Assembly (NCBI RefSeq): GCF_964204645.1
Contig: NC_134026.1
Location: forward strand, 10,935,950 to 10,999,949
Reading direction: 5' to 3'
Length of the DNA stretch: 64,000 bases
DNA from: Tubulanus polymorphus
Lineage: Eukaryota > Animalia > Nemertea
Shown: positions 22,599 to 34,845 of the stretch, in pieces
Layout: each line of letters begins with the position of its first letter
Numbering within the stretch: position 1 is the first letter of the stretch
Made by a program: the position numbers and the translations under genes
Notes under the pieces: model-generated
What the model was told of the DNA's origin: nothing
The model's input: the letters and a program-made list of their open reading frames with translations, nothing else
Databases searched by the model: none

Positions 22599-25500
22599 TG
22601 ACCATAAGGTAATGTTTTTATACCATCATCTAAAATATGCCTTTTATCATCAAATGGATTTAAACTAGTTTTTTCAACTTCATTAATGTACATCTCGTGA
22701 TTTTCTGATCTTAAACAATTCATTTTATTTTTCATAACAATTGATTTATATAAACACTTTATATAATCTTGAAATTCTATATGTTTATCAACCACATGTT
22801 TTGTTATTCCTTTTAACTTTTTAGCTTCATGATCTTTTGTTCTATAACTATACATTTTACTTCTTATCCCAACGAATTCAATCATTTCATCACCCCCTAA
22901 TTCATCTTTAAACTTACCAGGAATCTTTTTATTATCATTGCTAAATAGTTCATGATCTTTGGGATAATTGCTAAATTCAAAATAATGTTTTAATGTTTTT
23001 AAGTCTTTTGTTATGTCATTTGTCTTGATTTTTAGTATGTACGCATCCGTATTGACTGCTATTAATGGAAATCCACAGTTAAATGTACCATCTTCAGTTG
23101 ATAAATCATAAACATAATCTGTTGGGTTATATATTTCAAATAAATCTTTAACTTCTTCTGTTAACTCATTTTCTACATGGCTTAAATTAAAACAATTTGG
23201 TTTAGATTTAATCAATCCAATATTCATATTAAAACCTAATGAATTGCATAATATATTCAATCCTGATATAGCAACTTTTCCTTTTTGAGCTAAAGATATT
23301 GTTTTGCGGTTTTTGAAACTTTTTGAACCATCTGCGGCATAGAATCCAATGAAGAACCATTTTCTTAAATTATTTTTTGCATTTAATACATAATCTGGCG
23401 CTATTTTTTCTTTAGTTGAAGTATTACTTTTCACTATTGCATGAATATAGAATTCATTATATTATATTTTATAGCAAAATCTTTAGGATTATTTACAAGT
23501 ATTCTATAAACTGCTGTTGATTTCATAACATCCATGATTCTAAATGTTTTATGTGAATAAACTTCTTCGCAAAATTTCTTTATTCTTTCTAATGATTTTA
23601 AGTCTTGATTGCATAAATACCAACAATATTTATTACCCCAAACATATTTATACACACCTGCTGAACCATCTCCCATGAAAAATCCTTTGATAAAATATTC
23701 TTTTTCTTCTAATGTTTCGGGTTCTATATTATAAATATTATCAATAATTTCATCAAATGACATATGATTCATTCTTTGGAAAAATCTTTTATGCAATAAT
23801 TCATCTCCAATTTTTATATCAGTTGGTTTTATTTCATCACCAATTCGTTTAATTAAACTATGATCTTCTGTAACATCTACAAATCCTAATTTAGTTCTAA
23901 CTATAGATTTTCTTATTTGTTTTATGCCTAATAATATTCTTTAATTTTTTCCATCCATTTCTTGTCCAAACATCCATTAAACCATTTATTTGTATTAATT
24001 CTTTTTCTCCATATGAAATATAACATTCATTTTGTTTTGGAATTATTTCTGAAATTCTTCTTACCAATATTTTATTATTACATTTTAATAATATTGGGGT
24101 GTCAGCTGTTACAGAATCAAAATATAATATTTCAATATGCTTTTCCCCAAAAAGTGGTTGTAAAACATTTTAATAAAAATCATACATTAATAATTTTGAT
24201 ACTTCTAAAACAGTCGAACCAATAAATATAGGTTTATTAAATTTCATTGATGTTCTTTTTAATTTAACTGCTGTTAAATAATCTTCAAATCTTTTATTTC
24301 CTAAATGTCTAGGACTTGATTGTAAATGTCTTAATCTTTCAGAATTATTTACTAATTCAATATCATTTCTATTTCTAATATTTTCACATGTTTTACCATA
24401 AAAACTATTATTCATTAATTTGAAGAAATCTTTTTCAAAATCTGTTTTTGATATTGTTCTCTGTTGAGTATTGAAATCTATATATTTTTCTAACCACTTC
24501 GATTGATTAAATTCAATATATCTATGTACTTTCTTTAATTTCATTCCTTGTTTTAGATAAAATTTTAACATTCTATAATGAACAATATAATTGTATTTAT
24601 TATTTTGAGTAAGTATTAATTTTTCTGTAAAAACATGATCTTTCGGTTTTATTTTCTTCTGGTATTCACTTAAATAACTATCATCTACAGTTAAATGTTC
24701 TGGGCAATAAGGTAAGTTTCTTGTTTTAAACTTTATATTTTCAGGATATTCTAAATCAACTACAAAGAAATAACCAATTGGTGCTTCATCTTTTAAACTC
24801 GCAATTGCGCTTTCCCAATCAGTTTTATCACCATTTTCAACTTCTGTTAATATAAAATTTTTATATGGTTGAGGTTGCATCATTGCCCAACCATATAAAT
24901 TATTGGCGTCAATATATAATAATTTATATTCATCATTTGCTTTAAAATACCTATCTCCCATAACACCACTAATTCCACCTCTAATTGATTTTTCAAATAA
25001 TAAAACCATATCTGGTTCTTTTAATAAATCTAATTCTACATTTGTATATTTTAAACCACATTGCCAGGTTAAACCAGGACTTGAATAATAATAACAAGGA
25101 TCAACATTAAAATGATTCAAATTAACTTCTCTAAATTTTTCAAATATGTCAGCTAATATCATAACATCTGATTTTAAATATAAATCAACTAATTCGCCAT
25201 GATTTTTCATCTTAAAATGGTTCCAAATATTTAATGTTCTATTAAAAACTTCGTCTTTCACATACTCCTCTTTTAATTGATCATAAAATTGATCTTTTAA
25301 TAATTCTGTTACATTAAAATCATTGTGTGTTTTATAAAATGAATAAGGAATTGCGCCTTTATATCTCAATAATTTAAAATCTTGTTCATTTGGATAATAA
25401 TATTGAGTTATAACAAAATCATTATCAACTAAACTTTTTGATAAATTATCTAATGAACTTGCTAGAAATCTATAAGAATCTAAAAATCTAATGCAACCAA

Positions 25501-27672
25501 ATTGAAATGAAATATAATTTTCAGATGTTTTAGCTAATAGTTTAAAATCATATTTTCTTACATTTGCTTCATTCATTATATTCTTCTATTGCATTATATT
25601 CTTCTATTTCTTGATTAATTGCGCCCAATTTTCCCGATAATTGTTTTATAAATAGATGGGTATCATAGCCTGATAAATTATGAAATAATATTGGTACGAA
25701 ATTAACTTTCTTAGCTTGTAAATTGCAATCTTCATGAGCAGCTCCACGATATTTTGAATTCAAATGATCATGATCTCTAACTTTTTTATCAAATGAATAA
25801 AAACGTTTTTCACAATAACAACAATGAGTTGCATAATTAAAATCAATTTTATCTTCTTTTGTCATAACTATTCTTTTATTTTTGTTTAATAATTTTGCAA
25901 AATCACTTTCTAATTCAATCATTTTATAACAAAAATCATTAACTACATTTTCACCTCTAAAAGAAATATATTGACTTTCATATAATTCAGGATAATTTGA
26001 TTTTATATAAATTCCATAAGCAGCAGCTCTTTGATGAACTTTTTTAATTGTATTTATAATTGGCGGGTCTTGTATTGTGTCTTCATTTAATTCATTTCCT
26101 TTATCCATTGATTTTAATAATTGCTTTTTGTTATATATTTCTTTTCTATCTTGATCAGTTAATTCTTTATTCAACGATTCAAAATCCCCATAAATTACAA
26201 ATGGAACAATATTCTTAAATTTATGATTAGTAAATTTCAATTTATAATCTTTTTCTGTTGGCATTATTAATTAACAAAAATCTTTATTATCACATAATTC
26301 TTTATGTTTTAGTAACGCATTCTCAGTCATAAATTTAGATAAACATTTTCTACATAGATAAATTTTATTATGATGATCACTTTCTGTTCTAAAGAATAAA
26401 TCAATTTGTTTTAACCACATATAATGTTCATTTTCATCTTTTTTTGTAATATAACAAATCTATAGCATTTTCATCATCATAATATTCTGTTAAATATAAA
26501 GCTTCCAATGTATAATCTTTAATATTTTCACCTTTTGTCTTTGGTAATTGCATTAATTCGAATACATTTATTTTTAAATTATTAACTTTTTCTATTTTAG
26601 GAATCATTTTTATAGTTACTGGATATTGATCAATTTTATATAATGTTTCATATTTCCGATAATCTGTTATTCTACAAACATTTTCCTGTGTTGGATGTAA
26701 GCAACTAATAATTGACCATAGAAAACATTTATTATCTTCATTTTGAATATTTATTACTGCTTTTGTTGTAAATGGTAATTTAATATAAGATGATGCTTTA
26801 ATATCCTTTTCTGTTGTAAAGTTTGAATCATTTTTAAACATTTTATTACTTTTTGATGTTTTATTTCTTTTTGTATTATAAACGTTTAAATCTAAATATA
26901 TAATTTCATTCAATGTTAAGCCAGAACCCTCAAAATATCTTTCTTCAATATGACGTTTAAATTCATTTAATATTTTTTCTAACTTCTCTTTTATTTGCGT
27001 TTTTGAAATTATTTCTTCAGAGAGTGTTTGAATATTATAATTCATTTTTTCTTCTGACTTTATAAAACTTACTTTCCCAGAGATACTAATTTTTGGATAT
27101 TCAACATCTGTTATCAAATCTAGTATTTTTTCTATTATTTCATTAAATTTACTATAATCTTCCATTGTTTTTCCTTTAAAGAATCTAAATATAATAGCTG
27201 CAGGACCAATTTTACTATGTAATGTTTCTAAAATTTCAATTGTATCTTTTATTTCTAGTGAATCAATATAATTTCTAACATTTTCCATGTAAGGTTTATT
27301 TGAAATGGATTTAGTTTTTGAAGTTGGTTTTTTTACTTTTTGAGGTTTATCATCAAAATAATCTTTTCCTAAAACATTATTACTCAAATTTTGGTGGTGT
27401 TTTTGTGATTCGAGATGTCTATTATAATTCCTTTTTACTATAAATTCATTACAAACTTCACATTTTATTTCATCCACATTCATATTTTCTAATCGTTCTT
27501 TTCTTTCATTGGAATTTTCTGGGGTTTCAAAATCTATTACATTTTTTATATGATTTGCAGTTTTTTCATGTCGTGTTTTATTAGATGTATCGACGTATTT
27601 TTTACAATATTGGCAATAATATTGATTTTTATTAACATTATTGTTTTCTGGCTGGTGTTCATTCTCTCCCAT
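22595..27672 (-). pseudogene. pPolB: Protein-primed family B DNA polymerase (N-terminal Zn fingers, OTU-like region, exonuclease with HNH/EndoVII insert, polymerase), intein-containing, disrupted
   Basis: ExoI VIYGDFES, ExoII FHNLSGYD, ExoIII YLKSDV, motif A YIDANNLYGWAM, motif B KLMNNSFYGK, motif C YFD|TDA split by the intein, then GKFKDE, SKMY, KLKGI, FDDKR. Lesions: frameshifts near 26440, 25575, 23903 and 23445; in-frame stops at about 26271-26273 and 24170-24172. Confidence 0.95.
23051..24115 (-). mobile_element. Intein with LAGLIDADG homing endonuclease (about 355 codons) in pPolB motif C
   Basis: N-junction ILYFD|SVTADTPILLK (block A); block B VDVTEDHSL; two LAGLIDADG helices FIKGFFMGDG and FFIGFYAADG; blocks F/G YVYDLSTEDGTFNCGFPLIAVN|TDAY. 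Removing it restores YFDTDA. Confidence 0.93.
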
Positions 27673-27757
27673 TTATTAGGAAAAAAAATTACTTGTGGTG
27701 ATGAGTGGTGTCTCGTCCTCTCGTCCTCTGATCTGAACCCCTGATATTCCAATTACT
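27665..27757 (-). repeat. Right TIR of the Polinton (93 bp)
   Basis: Exact inverted copy of 10404-10496; contains the pPolB ATG (27672); followed by TSD TATCAT. Confidence 0.97.
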
Positions 27758-28419
27758 TATCATCACAGCACTGATATAGTGTTTTATCAATCTTGTTACG
27801 TGGCTACATTCAATTTATTTAATAAATCTTTTTGTCCTTTACTCGAGTTTTCCAGTGGTTACAACTTGGTTCACTTATTTGCATCATCTAACCACCAATG
27901 ATAAGTCTTTAAGCTGACTCCTGAAATGGAATAATCTTGACTAAACCTTGATTGGTTACTAAGTTCTATTCACACATCGATGACTGAATTACTAGTTTGC
28001 CAATCTATGTAACTATTCCTAATAAGACTGCTTCTTCGAACCTCGGGACTCTAAAGTCCTCTTGTTTTTTTACAATTTTCCTTTTGATATGCTAACCGGC
28101 ATGATCAGTTGATACAATTGCTGCCCGGGTACTGTTTAGTAAAAGCACCGTACCTAATTAGTATTCAACTCACTGACTTTAAGTTATGAACTGAACCTGA
28201 GTAACCACAGTCGTCTGAGTACTATAAACTGGAAGTATTTCCCACACATGGCTTCTAAAATCATCATTATGATATTTTTAGAAATGTCTTGAGTCAGGTT
28301 TTTTCTTGACTCCTATAAAGTGACACTCATTCTGCTTTCGAAAAACCCTTGTCTTGAAGACAATTTCCAAAACTACCTACCGCCGTGTCCAATCATCATT
28401 TTCTATCGTATGCCGTTTC

Positions 28420-28900
28420 TATCCTATCAAACGTGTAGTTTCTACGTGGCTAAACGATCACCTTGACACGAATGGCCTTTGCAAATTGAACCAAATCTGC
28501 TTATTAGTCAGGCTATTGCACAGCGTCAACTGTAGTACATGTCCGAAACGATATTTTGATGGCAATCGACCAGGGCGCATAGTGTAGCAGGAGTGGTTAT
28601 GTTGGAGTTGACTGCCACTTTGTGCTATTGACCATAACACTTGCTTGCTCGTTTAAAACATCGCATCGGTACATCAGGTACTTAATTGTTAATACGAAAT
28701 GAAAAGATCCTATTTATCAATCGTAATCAAATGTTTGCACTGGCGAATCTACTTCTGACCCTGTAGGGTTCATACCTAGAACCCCTATTGTACAACACCC
28801 TATTGGGATATAAGCAGACAGTTCAATATTGATTTTCATTTTTATGCTAATGATTTGCAGTTGTACCTAACATGATGAAGATTAAACCCAAGGTTGATGA
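28420..28900 (+). pseudogene. Highly degenerate L2/CR1-type RT remnant
   Basis: Decayed RT motifs across frames (…AIDHNT…LARLKHRIGTSG…; FHFYANDLQLY resembling YADDxQLY); no continuous ORF. Confidence 0.5.
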
Positions 28901-29189
28901 AACTTCTGCGCAGAATACTCTCCAACTTTTAGTATGTTAATCTGAAGCACTGGATGGATTTCTTAAAGGTGAATGGAGAAGTAACCCGAGTTTTCAATAA
29001 TGGTAATCCATCACAGGTCACGAAGCGCTCATATTTTGATTTAGATCTATATGATTCCATTACCATGCCTGTTCATTCTATCAGAAACCTTAGTTGTTGT
29101 TTGTGGTGCCTATCAAATTCGCATGCAATTTTCGGGGAGGTCCCATTGTCTTTCACGCTCTAGCAGTAATAAATCTTAGCAGTAATAAA

Positions 29190-30036
29190 GGACGATTCCC
29201 TCTTTTAATTACCATTAAGAGCAGAATGCTTAATTTCTGGAGAAACCTGTTGAATACTAACAAATTATCACCGTATGTGTATAAAACCCTGTACCGTCAC
29301 TCTTTAACTGACAGAAACACTAGTAAATGGCTTCATAAGAAATGTTCTAGAAACGAATGGGTTGGGCGAAATATGGTATACACAGAATACCCCAAACTTA
29401 AATATTTTTGCTTCCACCGTAAGGCAACGCTTAACAGATCAGTTTATCCAACTTTGGCACGAATCCCTAAACAACTCTAACACAGCTATATATTATAAAC
29501 ATTTCAAAAGTGAATGGGGCTTTGGAGAATACCTCACCACATTACCATCGGACCTAAGAATAATTTTCTACCGCTTTCGTTGCTCAAACTACAAATTACC
29601 CATAGAAACCGGAAGATACAATCGAACCCCCGGGGAGGAAAGAATTTGTAGTCTCTGTGACACTGAAGAAGATTTTGGGGACGAATTTCATCAGGTCATA
29701 AAATTCCCTTTTTTCCGAAACATCCGCACTAAATCGTTAAAACAATTTTTCAGAACTAGACCAAGCGTTTACAAATTTACTCAACTAATGAAAACTAAAG
29801 GGAAACTTAATCAACTCGCCAAATTTATCAAAACTGCTTCTAAATTTCTCTAGACCATTTTTGTTGTTGTATGTATTTTGATATTGTATCGGTATGTGCA
29901 TGTGCGTCTATGTATGTTAATTATCTGTTAATTGCGAACCGCATTAATTATTGTAATTGTTATAGATTTTGATGTTGTTTTTGTGCTCTAAGCAATTGTA
30001 TTTTTGTCGAGCAATAAATCATATTCTATTCTATTC
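29190..30036 (+). mobile_element. 5'-truncated LINE 3' end (ORF2 C-terminus, 3' UTR, short repeat tail)
   Basis: GRFPLLITIKSRMLNFW...RFRCSNYKLPIETGRY...ERICSLC...GDEFH; AATAAA at about 30013 followed by (TATTC)n. Confidence 0.8.
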
Positions 30037-30779
30037 AATGTTATCTTTCTATTTTCTATAATTATCACAGGGTCGATATACCGAATTCCAGTCGTCTCGA
30101 GCGTATATTTTTGCAACAGAAACGACCCTTAGACATATTTGGATGAAAAGGCCAAGCGCCCTAGCTGCTTGACGTTTATAATATACAAAACATAAAAATT
30201 AGAAATGTCAAAAACGCCCTAGCTGTTTTTTTACGTATACAAAAAACCCATTACAAACTTATTAACTAATATTTAGACAATGATATTATAAACATAAAAT
30301 CATAAAATTATGGCCATAACGCCCTAGCTGTTTTGACCTAGTTATGGAGATGAATAATACAGAGTTACGTAATATTAAGATGAAGTCAAACGCCCTAGCT
30401 GTTTGAAGTAATTAATTAATGAGTTAATACGCCAAAGTGGGCTCAGAAAATGCCACCAATTCGAAAGGTGCTAAGGAAGGGGATGGTGGGTGGCAAAACG
30501 TAACCTTTCACGCTCGGGATGCGGAAGAGAAAGGAACTTGTACTCAACAGTGATTGGCTGAGAGAACAAAGAGATATTGGCGGCGCCACCAGCTGGAGGC
30601 GCCTGGCAAAGCGCTCGGTTCGTTTCGGTCGCAAAAATGTTGATGAGCAATCGTTACTCGCCCATCTCTTGTTTTACGCCAGGAAGTGTTACTTTGAAAA
30701 CAGACTTACGTTTCAATATAGGAGATTACTAATCTGATTTGGAATCAGCGAATTGAACGATCTAGACCCATAGCATGCA

Positions 30780-31050
30780 GAGTGTGATGTGCTGGAGAAC
30801 AGTGTGAAGATAAGAGATACACGCATTCGCATAAAATACGCTCGCGCTCATCGTATTGGCAGGTTTAAAACAGGACAACCCAAGCCATTATAGTCATGTT
30901 CCAGTACTACCCAGAAAGTGAAGAGGTATTGGCTAAACGTAAAGTGCTCTTGAGAGAGTATCGCAGCAAGTGGATTCGAGAGCAACGCAAAAGGTACAAC
31001 GGTGTCGTGAAAGAATTATCAGATGCGAAAGATTTCACTTCGTCCGTGAG
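30780..31050 (+). pseudogene. Degenerate LINE ORF1 fragment
   Basis: IRIKYARAHRIGRFKTGQPKPIIVMFQYYPESEEVLAKRKVL matches the RAHRxG...PIIVxF ORF1p motif. Confidence 0.55.
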
Positions 31051-34000
31051 GAACTCAATGTGAAAAACAAACCAAATACTGGTAATATCGAGAGCAGGAA
31101 GCGTCAATGCGACATTGAAATAACCGATACGCAAAATAACTGGACAATAGCTGCAATTAGCGCGCCCATTAGCGCGGTAACATATAGGAAACAGAACTCA
31201 GAAATTGCAACCCAAGTCGGGCGTGACACCGATGATTTGGAAAATACTAGTTCTGAAAGCGATGAAAATATCAGCGTACTTTATTCTGCAAAAGGCACTT
31301 GCCGTCCGTACTTAACAAACCGACAGAAATGAACCGCGTAAAGGATAATGCCGGAAATAATAGCAATCAAATAGACCCTTAAATTATCTTTCGTTAGCAT
31401 TAAAGGCCTGTTTAGCAGGAGATCTAGAACCAGGAGAAGTTTTCTATGCTTTTCTTAGAAAAAAAACTCCCAGAATTTCCCACGCATGACTCCCGGAATT
31501 AATTGTAATTTTCCTATGGTTTAGTTGTATCAGCCGTGAGTAAAGAGTGTGAGTTATGGAGTCTAATAAAACAAACGAAGTTGTAGAGAATTGTATTGAA
31601 GTTTTTACAAATCTCTCGTGCGAGCAAAACAAGTCACCCAAACTGTTTTGTTAATGGTGAGTTCGGTACTATACAGAACAGTAACAGTAACAGTACTGTT
31701 ACAGTAACTGTCAGTCTTACTGTTACTGTCAATACGAATGATCTCCACTTGTTTTTCCGAATGATCAAAATTAAGCGGGAGTCAGTCAATTTATACTTTC
31801 AGTTTCCTTCCTATCAATTACTCTACTATTTCTTGTATGTATTAAGATGCTTTGAAAAAAATATTTCTTTGACAATAAGTTCATTATTATTTCTAATAAT
31901 AAAAATGATAATAAATAATGATAACATCTATTTTCTTTTATAGCGTTACTCTACTAATAATTGCTGCGCTTTACAATACTGACAATAAGACTTTTTAGTA
32001 AAAAGATATCAGAAATACACGAATACGGAAATACGTTACAGAAACGCGTTTGCGATTTGGATAGTTAAAATAGAGACGCATGTGCGACTTTGTGTTTGTT
32101 GAATTTGGTGCCTCGGCCAGAACCACCAAGAAGCTTAATTCGAAGCGATACTTTCGTCTGCTCTATTTCCTAGCATACCGGTACATGCTTTCATTCATGT
32201 CATTCCATGTTTCACAACGACGCATTATGGTGCAATATCAGGTTAACTGCCTGAAATTGCAACAACGACTGTTCATGGAATAATATACCCGGTAGTCGTA
32301 TAATATCTGCTAAGGTCACGTGTAGAAATTTCCTTATCGGGCATTTCTGGTTTCTCTCAACATCGACAATTATATCCTGTTGTTTATTTGGCCTTTGATA
32401 AAAAGTATTTTAACATTTCATTCTCGTGTCAGAAAAACAGTTTTCTTATTTCACCTTCGTGTTTTCAACACAATTTTTCAATAGAAAATTATTTTTCATA
32501 TGTCCGTCTTGATTTTCAATCTGTTATCTTGTTAAAGTTATGTTCATCTCAATTTCAATTTTATTATTTGCAAAAAAAGTGAGTTCTTTTTCAGTTCACC
32601 CATCATTTGAATAAAATTACCTATTTCAACGCTTTTTCAAAACCTTTTTTTCTGCAGTCCTTCCGAGGTTTCCGATGTGGAAAATACTCAAATAATTAAG
32701 AATTGATAAAATTAATCTCTATTTTTTCCCAGTTCCTTCTCTTTCTAAAACGCCTATTACAGAGTTTTTTTAATTTCATTTTTTTCCTTTCACCCTTTCA
32801 CTTTTTTCTTGAAAAAATGCTTACTCCAAATGATTAAAAAGGGCCTTATGAGCGATTAGTTTTTGCTTACCTGTTCGTGGTCTCTCGCTACGTGCCCATT
32901 GCTTTTGTATTAGGTCAATTAATTTCATGAAACTTGCACCGTGCCTCTTTGTACTGTCACCAGTCAATTCTTCACCTCTGCTCGGGGAAATTATGTTACA
33001 ACATTAGGCCAAACAAAGAAGAAACCTTGTTTCTAATTTATACATGGAGTAAACCCGCAGCTAACGTGCTAAACACCGATCAACGACAAAATCGACCTTA
33101 ACAGGAGTAAAGGATCCTGCTGTCATTGCAAAACTTGCATGCCAGTGCATAGTAGGTTGATTCGCGCTATTCGGCACCCAATTTTAAACAAATGAAATCG
33201 TTATGCGGTTATACCATTCAAATTGACTCGTCCGGCGAGTTTTTATTTTCGTCATATAAAGAAGAATGTATTATTTCTAAGCCAAGCGGGCAACATTTTA
33301 TTTTTACGATTTTTACCGTTAATTAATCCGACCGGGAATGAAAAACAAGGTATATTTTTGTTTGGCCTTATATAATGGTTCATTTCAAATCGTTTTCGCA
33401 CTGTTGATGGGGGACTGTATGTGTTCATTCCATTTTCGTTCCAATGCAATGCTGCAAAATGCATTGATAATCAAACCAACTAGAAATAGAGACAAGTTAT
33501 TTCATGATAGAAAATTGTACTACTCGATTATAGATTATGCAATGTTATATGATGGAAACTCTCGTCGGGAACCGGAAAATGGATCGTTAAAAATTGTTTG
33601 CTAAATAGTGAACAGTTTTATCACGATATTATGAAAGGTTAGGTTCTTTTTCATCGTTGATTTCAAAACGGTATGTGATAAAATAGTTATTGTGGATACA
33701 TGTATGACAAAATACAAAGGACGTCGATTAATTAATAGACGATCATATACTATTGATATCGGCTGCAATCATCGACTATTCAAGGTCATTTCGGGCAACT
33801 GCATTTTAGGTTGTTTTATTTTTATTTTCAAAAAACACATGTTCATACATTATCCATTTTACTCAGCAGGCTATAGAATGAACCATAACAACTAAACTGA
33901 ATCATCCTGTGGAGATAATCCTAAACATTTGAACAATGGTAATACCATTTGTAACAAAGTACAAATATATCATGACTGAGAAAAATCCACAAACTTCGCT

Positions 34001-34845
34001 GAAGTTTGGCCAACACCTTACCAGACCTCGTATGAACTGAGCTAGGTTCTGGGTTCAAATAAGTGGGCTCATTCTCACATTTCTTCAGATGCGCTGGATT
34101 CTAAAGATATGCCTCTTAGACACCTCTTTCTGGGGAGTGACTCCTTTCTCGTCCGTACTAACCACAACTATAGTTTGCTTCGCATACCTGGGTATAAGTT
34201 CATGTTTCCTTGATTATCCAATCTCCCAGCTGAATTTCACATTGAAGCGCATTTCTCCGATTATCAGCGTAATCCTTGCCATTCTGCTTTTGTTCACTGC
34301 CTTTGTCTTTCAGCGATTGATCGTCGTCCGTAAATTCGGCACTACATAATACCGGCATAATCTACATCCCTCGTGAAAACGTTAACTTCGCGGAAGAAAC
34401 CCCGGTAGACTCGCGAGGAGTCGAATTATACGCGAGTAGAAAACTTATTGAGTTCACAGTCCTTACCTTCAGCGTGTGCGATCTTCATTATACATTTGAT
34501 TGATTTTGTATATAGTGTTAACTAACAATGAATCCCAGTTTGGTCCCGGAAAAATAGGTAGTAGAGTACCGGTCTATAAAACCGCACCTTGAAAAATATC
34601 AATTATTTCAGAAAATACCTCCTACAGTATCCAAGAGTTACACCCAGGCTAGCCATTAAATTCATTAACAGCCTCGTAGTACCTGTTTTAACTTATGGCT
34701 GCCAAATATGGGGCTTCAAGGAACAAAGAAAACTGGAGAGAATCCCTCTCAAATTTTATAAATATCTCGGCTCAACTCCAGAACAGGTAAAAGTAGATCT
34801 GCCCAGGCTGAGTACATAGCACGTATTCTTCCGCGAGCCAGGTAG

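Larger units (their letters stand above)
10404..27757. mobile_element. Full-length endogenous Polinton/Maverick (polintovirus/adintovirus-like), 17,354 bp
   Basis: Perfect 93-bp TIRs, 5'-AG...CT-3' termini, 6-bp TSD TATCAT (10398-10403 and 27758-27763); encodes pPolB, integrase, packaging ATPase, major and minor capsid proteins; dense intronless genes, visibly more AT-rich than the flanks. Confidence 0.97.

Noticed and set aside
22595-23796. ORFs 22595-23434 and 23434-23796 as stand-alone genes (free homing endonuclease)
   Set aside because: They are frameshifted pieces of the intein and the pPolB C-terminus; neither has an ATG in the TAAATG context.
24170-24172. Programmed readthrough or an alternative genetic code for in-frame stops in pPolB and integrase
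   Set aside because: The stops appear to replace different residues (likely Tyr, Lys, Trp), co-occur with frameshifts, and TAA/TAG end the intact genes; mutation or sequencing error is simpler.
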